Part shown: positions 11,393 through 23,510 of the stretch, one piece after another
Numbering within the stretch: the first letter of the stretch is position 1
Layout: every line of letters starts with the position of its first letter
Assembly (NCBI GenBank): GCA_964035575.1
Contig: OZ037834.1
Span: 620,001 to 684,000, forward strand
Length of the DNA: 64,000 bases
Direction of reading: 5' to 3'
From: Rhynchopus sp. YZ270_cl-10
Taxonomy: Eukaryota
Program-made: the position numbers and the translations under genes
Notes under the pieces: generated by a model
Database searches by the model: none
Seen by the model: only the letters and a program-made list of their open reading frames with translations
What the model was told of the DNA's origin: nothing

Positions 11393-11800
11393 ATGGTTGA
11401 ACCACGAGAGTACCATGGGGAACTGGGTTGCTGACCGCACCATCCAGGCTGTACCTCAATTTTTTTTTGCCTGCGGCGCCATATTTCCTTTTTTGCTCCG
11501 CAAAAAAGGATTCGATGTGTGACTCTGTGCTGTAAAAAGCTAGATTTTTACACTGTACCCTATATTTTTTTTCGCCTGCGGCGCCATTTGTTTGATTTTT
11601 TTTTTTGCTTCGCAAAAAAAAATACAGTTCCCTATGTTCCCAATGTACCTGGTCAGCAGTGCTGAAAATTTTTTGGGCACAAAAACAGCTGACCCCCTAT
11701 TTTGAAATCTGAATCCCTGGATAAGACTCACTGGCGCAGGGTGAAAAAAAACACCCGCAACAGAACTCAAAAAAAATCTGAAAACGTAGCGGAGGGGCTG
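11303..11800. mobile_element. hAT-like MITE nested in an A-tailed repeat
   Basis: CAGGGGCTCCGCTAC ... GTAGCGGAGGGGCTG, with a perfect 8-bp TSD ACCAAGTT at 11295-11302 and 11801-11808. Confidence 0.8.
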
Positions 11801-12354
11801 ACCAAGTTTTCAAATAAAAAAAAAAAAAAAGTTTGCGTCTTATCCATTAAGTACTCAACCAATAGGTGGGGTGATTGTAGATGCAGCGTAAAAAAAAAAA
11901 AAAAAAAAAAAAAAGAAGAAGAAAAAAAAAAACAGTTTAAAAAGTTGACACTGCCTTCCCCTCATTTCCTTGCTCTCTCTCTCTCTCCGCTCTTTCTCTC
12001 TCCCCCCCACCCCATTTTTTTTTGTTCTTTTTTGTGTGCACTGTCGCTCTTTCCTGGTTCTCTTGGGGGGTTATGGGTTGTGCAATCAGGGGAAGTAAAA
12101 AAAAAATTTGTTCCAGTAACCTGCGTCCACCGGTTAGGTGGGGTGGTGTTCTTTTTGCACTTTTTTTTGAAATCTCTCTCTCTCTCTCTCTTTTGGTTTC
12201 AGTGCCTGCGTCCCAGAGGCGTTTGTACTATCGACTTCACCCTTTTTTTTGATATGTGTGGGCACGAGAGGAAGATTTATCCTTTCAATCGTCCTTTTCC
12301 TAAAGTGCGAAGGTCAGTCGGAGGTGTCTGTATTCAACAATCACAGTTTTATTT

Positions 12355-12495
12355 GGTGAGGTGGAAAGCAGGAGGAGCACATTATCAGATGTAAACCACG
12401 AAATGGATGGTTGGGTGTTCACCCCCCTATGCAGCCGGTCATTGTACCAAAAGGTACACTGTTCACGAGAGGGCTTTTGTATTTCAACTCTACTT
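12355..12495 (+). repeat. 5'-truncated retroposon tail family; also at ~341-462, 13725-13856, 23728, 9470
   Basis: Shared ...TCAGATGTAAACCA...GTCATTGTACCAAAAGGTACACTGTTCACGAGAGGGCTTTTGTATTTCAACT 3' end, with variable 5' ends. Confidence 0.7.
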
Positions 12496-12904
12496 TATTT
12501 TCATGATTTTATTAAGACTTCTGTTCGATATACCCCTTTTTTTACCTGCCTCTTATGCTCCCGTGTGAGGGAATGGGGGCGGGTTTCTGGCCTTGTGTTG
12601 TCAAAATTTTGATTGTGTTTTCTCTTAGCCCAACAGAACCCCGCATCACAGGGGGTCATGCACACAAAATATATACACTCAAAAGGGCTTTTGTGTTTGC
12701 AACATTTTAAACTTTTTAATTTTTTTGGCAAACAAAAAAACACACACAGAAGCCACTCTGTAGTAATACGTTTCTAGCCCTTTTATTGGATTGTCCCCTT
12801 CCTCGATTTTTATTTTATTTTGTTTTTTTGGGCAACCCTCTCTCCCCCCCTTTTTCATTCTGCACGACGATAAATAATATTGGTTTGTGGTGTTACTTTT
12901 GTGT

Positions 12905-13062
12905 CTCATGAAATGAAGGAGGAAATAGAAACAAAAAGCATTTTGAATACACTTTTGCGGTTCTAGGGACGAACCGCGCTGCAGAGCCACCTCCTCACCA
13001 AACAGGTTCGAGGTGTGTACGTTTTCACCACAACCTCTCTCCCATGGGTTTTATCGTGTGAT
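12905..13062 (+). repeat. Dispersed repeat; second copy at ~43346-43500
   Basis: CTCATGAAATGAAGGAG...GCGGTTCTAGGGACGAACCGCGCTGCAGAGCC...CCCATGGGTTTTATCGTGTGAT is present twice. Confidence 0.75.
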
Positions 13063-14221
13063 AAGTGTTAAGTTTCTATTGTGTACCGCTTACATTCCAA
13101 CAATGAAAATCACAAAGTAAAACCACACTTCTTCAAATTATTTTACTTCACCAGTCGTGTGTGCACATAAACTTGTTGGTATTTTGATATTTGTACAAGA
13201 ACCTGTCTTTTGACAGGAAGTGCTTTTTTGGGATTTTTTTTTTGTGCCACACCAACAACAAAAAAAAGAAAGTGGCTGAAGGGGGGGGGGGGGGGGGTAT
13301 TGGTTGTTCAACAAAAAAGAGAAAGTCAACAACAAAAAAAAACAAAAAAAAAAATACATACGTTCACACACACTACCTACATAAAAAAGTTGCACCCCTC
13401 CCTCCTCCCCTCATCCCCCACATCCCCAAATTTTGATCGTGACAAACAAAAATTCAGAACCTATTATTGTCCCCGCCACGATGCCGCTCATCGGTGGCAA
13501 CAGAGATGTTTTATTCACCGCTCGAAGTTCCATCTGTCTCATACGTTTTTCTTCGTCACTCTATGCTCCTCAGTTCTCCTTTCCCCCGCCCAAATTAGCG
13601 ACTCAGGGTCTGTACTCCTCTCTAGCCCCTCCCACAACTGCGAAACAGGCAGAGGACCCCCCCAACCGGACCCTAACATCACACAGGATTCATGTCTCTG
13701 TGTTTTGCAATGATCCTTTCATCTGATGAGGTGGAAAGCGGAAGGAGCACATTATCAGATGTAAACCACGAAAATGGATTTGTAGGACCCCCTATACAGT
13801 CATTGTACCAAAAAAGGTACACTGTTCACGAGAGGGCTTTTGTATTTCAACTCTACTTTTTTTTTTTCCTCTCTCTCTCAATTCACACCAAAAAACCCCA
13901 CACACACACAGGAGAATATACACACATAATACCGTTATAAAGGAGAAACGGAAAAAAAATACACAAAAACAAAATGCAATAAAATTTTAGAATTGCAAAA
14001 AAAAGGAACACACAACTCATTAGTTGTAATCTCTATACACTCAACCTTTTTTCACTATAGAGGGATAAACTGCGATTCAGTTTTTTTTTCCTCTTTATTT
14101 TCTTCTTTTTTTGCAGCAAAATCACTACAATCCGAACACTTTTTTCCCCCCTTTCTTTTGATAAAAAAATAGCTTTTTTCCTCTTATTTTTGTATGATAT
14201 AGCTCCGTTTTTTCAACTCCA

Positions 14222-16514
14222 ATGGAAAACCCTTTGGTACAACCGTTAGTATCGTCTTCACCATCGACCCCTCCTCCTCCTCTTCCTCTTCCTGCGGTAT
14301 ATAACGAAGAGCCACTTCTTGGTACCTCAAGAGAGAGGTCAACCTCACCCGAAATTGAGTCACCGTATACACGAGAACGCCGTCCCTCGATCATCTTCGA
14401 TGCGGAAGAAGGGGAGCCGCGGGAGACGTTTGGACGACGTATTGAGTTTCTGCTGACCACAATTGGGTACGCTGTTGGGCTGGGCAATGTGTGGCGGTTT
14501 CCATACCTTTGCTATATGAACGGCGGGGGGTCCTTTTTGATACCATACCTCATAGCTTTGATCTTCCTGGGGTGTCCGGTATTCCTATTAGAATTGGCAA
14601 TGGGACAACTCTTCCGGCGTGGTACCTATCATTCGATGTGTCACATGGATACGAGGTGGCGTTGGCTAGGGTATATGAGTCTCTTTGTGAGCGTTTCCGT
14701 CGCATTATACTATAATGTGGTAATCGCTTGGTCGCTGTTTTATTTTGTGTGGTGTTTTCGAGCGGAGCTGCCATGGTCGTCAGAGGACCCTGCAGAGCTT
14801 GTTGCGAAGGCAGAGAGGTTTTGGGTGGTAGAGGCCTTAGACCAATCTCAAGGCTACTACGACGTGAACCGCTTCAACTGGGGGATGGTGGCGTGCCTCC
14901 TGGCAGCGTGGTTCGTGATATTCATCTGCATCCGAAAGGGGATAAAAAGCTCGGGGAAGGTGGTGTACGTGACAGCGACGCTGCCTTATGTGATTTTGAT
15001 TGTGCTCTTCGTACGGGGGGTGACGCTGGAAGGTGCAGGAGAAGGGTTGAAGTACTACCTCACACCTGATATGTATGTGGGTTTTGGGGGGAAAAAGAAG
15101 ATGTTTTTTGACCCCTTTTGTTAAAGATTGAAGTGAAGAAAATCATGTGGCAAGGCACGTTGTCCATATAGCTCCATATATCAACCCAAAAAACATAACT
15201 TTTTTCTTCTTTCAACCTACAGTGACAAAATATTTGAACTCAAAGTCTGGATCGCCGCTGCCAAGCAGATCTTCTTCTCCCTAGGCACCGGGTTCGGCTC
15301 GCTCATTACGTACGGATCGTACAATCCACGCACAGAAAACGTTGTACAGGACACGATCTTGGTATGACCCCCACCCCACCCCCACCACCCCTCACCCTCT
15401 CCTCCCCCCCAAAAAAAAACTCCAAAAAAAAAAACCCTCAGGTATCATCGATCAATGCGTTTACCAGCATTTTCGCTGGATTGGGTGTGTTCTCAATTCT
15501 AGGCCACCTTGCGCACACCTCAGGGGTCTCTGTTGATGCTGTTGTCGCAGATGGGTTGGGTCTCGCCTTTATCGCGTATCCTGCAGGACTGAGTTTGCTT
15601 CCTGCTCCACAGTTCTTTTGCATGTGTTTTTTTGCGATGTTGTTTTGTCTTGGTGTCGACAGCGAGTTTGCAATGGTAGAAGTTGTCTTGACCTTAGTGA
15701 AGGATATGAAGGTGGACATCCCTCAGGAGCGTCTCGCCGCGGTGCTGTGCTTTGGTGGGTTCTGCTGCGGGCTGATCTACACGACGGATGCTGGCATTTA
15801 TTGGTTCTCGTGGACGAATGACTGGAGTGCGACGTTCCTGCTCCTCATCGTGATCATAGGGGAGTGTGCGGCAGTCACGTTGTACACACCAAAGCGATTT
15901 TGCGCAGAATTTGAGATGCTGTGCAAGCAACGGATCCACCCAATGTGGTTCAAAATCATCACAAAAGTGACACTTCCAGCATCGTGCATCCTCTTGATTA
16001 TCAGCATTGGAGAGTATGTTAGCATTATTTTTTCCTTACACGCAGTGTTATTAGAAACTCGAATAATAAAGCCAACGTTTAATCGCCTGATACCGACTAT
16101 TTTCTCCCCCTTTAAAATCACTTACACCAAATTCAGATCTCACACTGTTTTTGGCTGCGTTCAACGAAAATAATCTTCCCCCTTTTTCCAATAGTCGAGT
16201 AATCAATATCAGTTGGCGACTGTAAGAGAACGAAGTGCCTTTTCTTAGGTCAAGGAAAGCCGTCAATATCCGCCCCTCCTTTTTTCTTTCAAAACACCTC
16301 ACAAAACAGGACCCTCAACGACGGACCAAAGTCTGCCTCTGGTGTGAAGGAGCCGCCCTTTGTGACCTTTCTTGGGTGGATGATGGCCCTCGGGCCTGTT
16401 GTCCTGGCTGGGTATTGCTTTTACTATCCGTTGGACCGCGAGCTTGACAGGACCCTCCAGCTCAGCAGGTCCCCCGACGCGAGACGCGAGTTGGAGGAGC
16501 TCGCACCACGCTGA
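14222..16514 (+). CDS. SLC6/NSS sodium-dependent transporter. Exons 14222-15072, 15223-15361, 15442-16013, 16310-16514
   Basis: Signature [29 protein letters not shown], plus [34 protein letters not shown] and LGVDSEF. The GT-AG joins keep the frame. Confidence 0.93.
16036..16225 (+). mobile_element. Solo terminal repeat (A+B) related to the 3284-6910 retroelement, in SLC6 intron 3
   Basis: Shares TTACACGCAGTGTTATTAGAAACT, AGCCAACG and GGCTGCG.TCAACGAAAA in the same order. The sequence between these blocks has diverged. Confidence 0.65.
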
Positions 16515-18690
16515 TCGATTTGTTCTTGGCTACGAAAAAAGGGCCGCCATTGAGTACAGATCCTGCACTAGCAGGTGATTTTTGTCGACACAAAAAAACA
16601 AAACTCCACCCTGCCTAGACCAAGGAGGGTAGTTCCCTGCGCATCGCAGAAGCCGTGTTTGGTATCCAATGTAGTGGGAATTAAATTCTTGAAAAAGCAG
16701 AAGTGCAGTAGAAATAGTACATGATGCGCTCTGTACGTTGAAGAGCTGGGCAGAAGAGGAGAAGGGGTGCCGTTGATTCTAATGCTAACGCTGTACGTAG
16801 AGGTGTCTACAAAAACAATCAAAGCAACCAACCATGGTGTGGCTGAAAGGGAGGTGCTATTTCTGGGCTATTTTCTGCTACTTTCTGCTATTCTGGGCAT
16901 CTGGATTTTTTTTGGTGCGGCTGAAGGGGAGGTGCTATTTTTCTGCTATTTTGGGGTCGTCACAGCCGCACCAAACCATGCAACTGTTTGCGAAGAAAGA
17001 AGGTGGACAACAGAAGAGGGACAGAGTTTTGCTCCTATGGATCATATCCTTCATTCAAATGCCTATCAGCATCCTCACAGCATCGTGCAGTTGAGGGCCA
17101 TATTCTGTGCAAGAATGACCCTCACTAGGCATCAAACACCACCATAGTGCAGCTCAGAACCGCCTCCAAAACCGGCTTTTTTTTTTTGTAGATGATAGAG
17201 GAAGTACAGTGCCTGAGCCGTGCCCTGCGCCTCAGAAGCGTTACCACCAAGATCAAGGATATGCAAGTCTTCTTTTTGAACGAACAAAGGCACAGGTCCT
17301 ACTCAGGTAGTACAACGTGGAGGTGCAGTAGAAATGGTACGATGCGCTCTGTACGTCGAAGAGCTGGTCAGCAGAGGTTCATCGAAAAAACCCCTTTCTT
17401 CTTTTCAAACGAACACAAAGGTACCGTCCTACTCAGGTACCTTTTTAGATATATTTGTCCATTGGCGATGACTAAGCACAGAGAGGTTTAGGATCATCTT
17501 AGAAGCTTTCCCCCCCTTTTTTTCTTCCGCAACACTCTGTGTGGGGGGGCTTCGATAACCGCCCCCACGGAGTGTCAGTGCCCTGTGTCCCGGAGGGGGT
17601 TTTTTTGCACTGACAACTTCACCATTGTACTTCTTTGTCCGTTGTGCCTGTGCCTGTGCCCCCCGGTGTCCGAGGCATGGTGCGCTTGCATCACTTTGAA
17701 ACGTCTCTTTGTGAGGGATGTATATTGCACAATGGGGGGCGGGGGAGTTCATTCCAAATTCTTAATTATAGTGAAGCAACACTCTAGGGTGGCTACACTA
17801 ATACAAAACCAAGTTTTCAACTTTTCCAACTTTTACTTCTTCTTTTTTGTTGATTATAATGTGCGTGGCTAGGCATTGCATTGCTTAGGTTTTTGTTTTT
17901 GTTTTTTTTTTACAGTGCCTGCGTCCGCCGATGAACAGTGAGGCGTTTGCACTTTCAACTTATCTTTTTTTTATTCATCTTCACCAGGGGCTATAGGTTT
18001 TTGGGGGTTTTTCGTTAAAGGTTGGCTGACCAGGATTTACCCCTCCTAAATCTCACACCCTGATCTTCACACAAAAAAAAAAAGATTTTTATTTCAAAAA
18101 AAACCACCCCACAATTTAGAGTGAGGGTGTCGGGGGGCGGGGGTCTTTTGTTCTCATTCTTTTGTTCCACTTTACGATTTTGAAAGGGAAGAAGAAACAC
18201 ATGATGTACCCTCCACACCCCCAATAATTTTATTTCTTTCATGAATCCCAATTTCTCGCTTTGCACCACACCTGACGACAACTTTCTGGTTAGTCATGGC
18301 TTTGGGTTCTGTCTCTGTTTACTCGCTGTTACCAAGTGCCTTCGCTCTGCTTTGCTGTTCTGTTTCCTCATAGTGGTGCTTACGGAAATCGGTCAAGCGA
18401 ACCTGTCAGCGACCTTCTCAATACATACTCGACCCCCCAGAGCACCACATAGCTGATGGTTGTACTAATATCGAATGTATCCTCAAAAGACTTGACTAAA
18501 AAATCACACCACACTGACGACAACTTTCCGGTTAGTCAGGCTTTGGGTTCTGTTTACTCGCTGTTACTAGGAGCCTCACTGCTTTCCCTTCCCCTCCCTC
18601 CTCTCCCTCCCCTCCCTCCACAATTTTTTTTAAAGGTACACCACCTTTACCCATTTTTTGGTGTAAAGCAATCTTTTTTTGTAAAAAAAA

Positions 18691-20244
18691 ATGGACATCG
18701 AAACCCCAAACAGCCGTTCTCCAGTACCCCCTCCAGGAAGGCGCCCCTCCCTGCAACGTGGCAGTGTTTCGAGTGAGTCTCCGTCCCCTCCTCCAGCCTC
18801 TTCTACATCGTTCTCATCCCCGAAGGAAAAACGGAAGAAGAAGAAGCAGGTGAACGCATGCGTTGCGGAGGAGACGGCAAGACGGGGGGAGGTATGCTCT
18901 GAAGAGGGCGACAAATTTACGGAAATTGCTTCAGAAGTGGTGATGGAGAGGAGAATTGTCAATTATTCCGAGAGGTTAACACAGAATACTAAGGCACCAC
19001 CAAAAGCTTCCCCACGAGAAGATGTACCACCAAAACAACGTTTTATCAAAACTGCCACATTCCTCGGACGTGGTGCATTTGGCATGGTGTACGAAAGCTA
19101 TGACACGGAAACCTCTCGTTTCGTTGCAACCAAGGAGGTTCAATGCCCCGTTGGTGCCGGGCAAGCGAACCCCTTCATCGACAAAGTTACCACAGAGATA
19201 CGCACCCTGAAGCTTCTCCACCACCCGCACATCGTCTCCTATATCGCTGCAGAGAGAGTCGGGAATAGTGTGTGCATTCACGTTGAGTTGGTGTCTGGTG
19301 GATCCATTACCTCGGTTTTGAAACAGTTAAACCAACCCGTAGAAGGAACTATACTCCCAACCCGAGGTTTTGGGGAGCAAAATGTCCGGGTATATACACG
19401 GCAGTTATGTCGCGGATTGGAGTATTTGCATTCATTGAATATTGCGCATAGGGATATAAAGGGGGAAAATGTGTTGATTGATAAGTCAGGTGGAAAGGTG
19501 AAACTCGCAGATTTTAATAGTTGCAGACAACGTCTAGGGGGGAGCATAGAGTCCATGAAGACAATAGCAGGGACCTTATGGTATATGAGCCCCGAGATGA
19601 TTTCTGGGAAAGAATACGGTCTCGCGTCGGATATTTGGTCCGTGGGGATTACCGTGATAGAAATGTTAACCGGGGTGCCTCCGTTGTCGGGGCAATTCAA
19701 TAGCAGCCCGGATGCGATGTTTCACATTGCCTCTTTACAAGACCCGTATTGCCTGCCAGAAGGGGTAGGGGACGCTTCAGCTGCCTTTTTGCATTCATGC
19801 TTATTAAAAAACCCGCAGGATAGATTGCAGATAGGGCAGCTCTGTAAACATCAATTTGTCTCGGAAAGCGGTGCGGCGGGAGGGCTTATTAGAGGGGATG
19901 ATGAAGGAAGCGCGAAACGACCCATTAAGTCAACCCCCCTAGAGCCGGTCCGCTGTGGATCCCCTGAAATTCTATGTCGAAAACAGATGCAAAATACTGC
20001 TTTGCCATCGGGAGGGGGTGGAGGAGGAGGAGGAGGAGGGGGGTTGAACACCAGCAAAGGGTATCAAAGCCTTGCAGGATCGGTGATGGGGCGGTCCTTG
20101 GTGTGTGAGAGTATGTCGTTGGGTGGGGAGGGTGGTGGTGGTGGTGGTGGTGGTGGTGGTCTCGTCTCACGCCCGACGACGAAGATTCTCCCAAGCCTTC
20201 CTACAAAGCGGTTTCACGGTAAGATGCAGCCGCTAGATATATAA
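18691..20244 (+). CDS. MAP3K (STE11/MEKK/NPK1-like) Ser/Thr kinase, intronless
   Basis: LGRGAFGMVY, VATKEV, HPHIVSY, ELVSGGSI, HRDIKGENVL, KLADFN, GTLWYMSPE, SDIWSVGITVIEMLTG. Confidence 0.88.
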   Translation: MDIETPNSRSPVPPPGRRPSLQRGSVSSESPSPPPASSTSFSSPKEKRKKKKQVNACVAEETARRGEVCSEEGDKFTEIASEVVMERRIVNYSERLTQNTKAPPKASPREDVPPKQRFIKTATFLGRGAFGMVYESYDTETSRFVATKEVQCPVGAGQANPFIDKVTTEIRTLKLLHHPHIVSYIAAERVGNSVCIHVELVSGGSITSVLKQLNQPVEGTILPTRGFGEQNVRVYTRQLCRGLEYLHSLNIAHRDIKGENVLIDKSGGKVKLADFNSCRQRLGGSIESMKTIAGTLWYMSPEMISGKEYGLASDIWSVGITVIEMLTGVPPLSGQFNSSPDAMFHIASLQDPYCLPEGVGDASAAFLHSCLLKNPQDRLQIGQLCKHQFVSESGAAGGLIRGDDEGSAKRPIKSTPLEPVRCGSPEILCRKQMQNTALPSGGGGGGGGGGGLNTSKGYQSLAGSVMGRSLVCESMSLGGEGGGGGGGGGGLVSRPTTKILPSLPTKRFHGKMQPLDI

Positions 20245-20685
20245 CAGTGTGTGTGGGAGTGGGAGGGGGGTTTTTTTTTGTGTGGAATGCTTCAATGCAA
20301 CACGAACCTTTGAGAAGAGAGAGACACAGGAACTTTTGTTATGGCCAGTCATTAGGTTTCCTTTTTACATCTTCTGTTGTTGCCCGCAGGGTACTTGTGC
20401 TTACATCCGGATGGCTGGCATCGTACGTGGGTCAGTCGGAGGTGCCTGCATTAATAACTTCACTTTGTTACCACCTGACGCGAGAGAGTGTTTTGGTATT
20501 GTCAGCCGCGTAGCATTGCTGACCCCTTGCCTGCCATTTGTTCTAAAGTGTGTGTGTATACTACTGGGGTGATCCCCCATGGGTATCTGGTGGGCATGTG
20601 TCCCAGTGAACAGTGGAATTTGCCAGATCTGGCCAGATATAGGGGCCAATATCCCAGATCTGGCTCGTTTTCCAAATTTTGTTAA

Positions 20686-22094
20686 CCCTTTAAGGACCAG
20701 AGGGGACATATATGTCCACGCAACCACCTAAATTGGCTTCCACTAGGACTTTTTGAAGATTTTTTTTTTAAATGAGAAGATTTTGTGCGAAATCTTTCAA
20801 AAGACGCAAGATTCGATTTTTTTTGACGCTCTCATCCCCTCTCATCCACACCCGGCATTATCACATAATAGGGTATTTTGGGTCATTTTTGGGGAATAAT
20901 GTACCATTCTGACGCGCTTGAGTCATCAGAGGATTCAAACTTTGGTGTGCAGGGAACCATTTTGTACGGTCTTCAGAACGAAACTAAAATAATGGAAAAT
21001 ACCCGCGACTGGGCAAAGTAACACGCGTAGTTGCAGTTCCTGACCCTGAACTGGATGTGCCTCTTCTCCGTGTATTTATTGCATTTTGTCTTTTGAGGAA
21101 CATTGTACAGAATGGTTATTTCCCTCCCTCCCGCCAAAGCCCGAGGGACCCTTGAGGGAGGTCAGGGCTCCCCGAGGGCCGAAGGCCCGAGGGAAGCCCT
21201 GACCTCCCGAAAGGAGTCCCGAGGGCCAAGGGAGGGTGGGATGTAACTTTGTGCCCCGATCCGTGGCTTTTTGTGCCCGACTGTCGTTTTTCATTTTTTG
21301 CCTGTAAAAACCCTGTATAAGGGGTGCAGCATGGGGGCACATGGTGCCCCACACATGGCTCTTGCACGCCAAATTGCCCTCAAATTGCCCGGAATGCCAC
21401 GCATGGGGCAATCTAGACCGTTTTTGGACCGATTTTCGCGACCAAAAAAATTTTTTTCGGAGGGTCCCTTCGAAATTTCGGCGGGAGGGTACGGAAAGCC
21501 ACAGGGAGGGGTACAAAATCTATATCAACACGGTCAAGGTACAGAGACACTGGCAGGAGGGTGTTGGTCGACAACTTCTTCTTGCTTGGGAAACAGGCGT
21601 CTGAAAACAGATTACATGTGCGTGGGATGCGGCGTTCACCTTTGTTCAGCACCATGCCAAGTTGGCCAAAAGTCCCAAAAGCCCCAACTTTTGTACTGTC
21701 CAACCTCTGTACAATTACGGTATATGTAGTTGGTTGGTACCTTCTCTCCATGCAGTGAGACATTATCTACTAGGACTTTTTGATCGATTTTTTTTTTCTT
21801 TTGAAAGATTTTGAACCGATCTTTCAAATAAAGCCATTTTCGAAAACCGAAAAAAACAGGTGCGCAGCCGGAATAATTTTTTTCTTCAAAATTTTCAGAA
21901 AAAAATATCAGCTCTCCTCAATTTTCCATTTTCCATTTTTCTCATTTTATTTCGATTTCTGCTCCATTTGAAAGATCTGCTCAAAATCTTTCAATTGCGG
22001 CCAGGTACGATCAAAAATATGCATCAGATCACATTTTACCTACGGGAGAGAAGATCCTAGCAAATCGAAAAAATCGGTCGTGGTCCGTAAAGGG
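20686..22094. mobile_element. Non-autonomous piggyBac element with a remnant transposase Cys-rich domain
   Basis: TTAA|CCCTTTAAGGACCA ... TGGTCCGTAAAGGG|TTAA. Internal peptide KTDYMCVGCGVHLCSAPC at ~21604-21660. Confidence 0.85.
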
Positions 22095-22459
22095 TTAAAT
22101 TTGGTTTCCAGAATTTGGCTGGTGTTTGACGTGTTTGCTACTGTCTATTTTACGTTGTTTTTTTTTTTTTTTGGGGGGGCGGGGTCAGGGATTCTTCGCT
22201 CCTTCTTCGGGTGTGAATTTTGAAGAAGATTTTTTTCCCCCTTCAGAAAAGTACATTCCGAGCTTTCTCCCCACACAAGCGGTCGTCGCGCGCGCTCCTC
22301 CCTGACAAAGTTGGAAGAGGTGTGAAAATTCACGGCAAAATGGGGAAACCAGGGCCTGACGCTAAATTTTGGGTTTTTGTGAAATCGTGGGGAGGCTCAA
22401 AAAAATTTTTCCACGCCCGTTATTTTATTTCACGTAACAGTTCACATTGGGGGTGTCTT

Positions 22460-23510
22460 TCCGCGAGCGCAGCGAGCGGAGAAAATTTTGGTGGTACTTC
22501 CGCGAGCGAAGCGAGCGGAAAAAATTTTTAAGGTGTACCTCCGCGAGCGCAGCGAGCGGAAAATTTTGTGTTGGGACTGTGCGAGGCAGGTGTTTTTACA
22601 CATCTCAGATGGTTTTTACCTGAAGAGGGTGTACAAAGGCACACTCTTGGTTGTAAATGGAGCGTGCTTCGGAGACTGGCCCATATGACCAGGCCTCTGA
22701 GGCCCGTCAAAATTTTTTCCCCAAATTTTTTTTTATTTTTATTTTCCCCAAAAGAAGAAATCTTCTTTTTTATTTTTTTTTTTTTTCAGATTTTTTGAAA
22801 AAAACACGGGTCGGGAAAGATCTTTTTTTTTTTTTTTTTTTTCGAGAAAAAAAATCCTCTTCTCCCGAAAAAAAAAAAAAAAAAAAAGATTTTTGGGAGA
22901 AAAAAAAAAAGAGAAAAGATTTGAAAATCCTGGGAAAATCCTGAAAAAATCCTGAAAAATCCTGGAAAAATCCATGAAATTTCATGAAAAATCTCGAGAT
23001 CTTGAGAAATCTTTGAAAAAAAAAAAAAAGATTTTCAAAATCTTTTTTTTTTTTTCCCCCAAAAAGATTTTTCAAAATCCCAAAAATCTTTTTTATCTTT
23101 TTTTTGAGAAAAAAAAGATTTTCAAGATCTTTTTCATCTTTTTTTCTCTTTTTTTCCTTTTTTTTCCTTTTTTTTCCAGGATTTTTCAAAGATCTCAAAG
23201 ATCTCGAGAGATCCTGAAAAAAAAAGACAAAAATCCTGAAAATCTTGATTTTTTTTTTTTTTTCTCCCGAGATTCTCGAAAAAAGACAAAAAAATACAAA
23301 AGATCTTTCCTGACCCGTGTTTTTTCCTTTTTTTCCTTTTTTTTTTCAGGATTTTTCAAAGATCTCAAAGATCTCGAGAGATCCTGAAAAAAAAAGACAA
23401 AAATCCTGAAAATCTTGATTTTTTTTTTTTCTCTCGAAAAAAGACAAAAAAAGACAAAAGATCTTTCCTAACCCGTGAAAAAAGAAGAAAAAAAAAAAAA
23501 ATCTTCCTGG
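22460..23510. repeat. Low-complexity region, probably transposon-derived
   Basis: Three copies of CCGCGAGCG.AGCGAGCGGA at 22461-22560. Many AGATCT/AAAATC/GATTTT motifs among A/T runs. A ~170-bp direct duplication at ~23150-23320 and ~23320-23480. Confidence 0.6.

Noticed and set aside
13433..13940. Possible small gene upstream of SLC6
   Set aside because: It runs into a retroposon tail shared with 12355 and 341, so it is more likely a decayed LINE 3' fragment.
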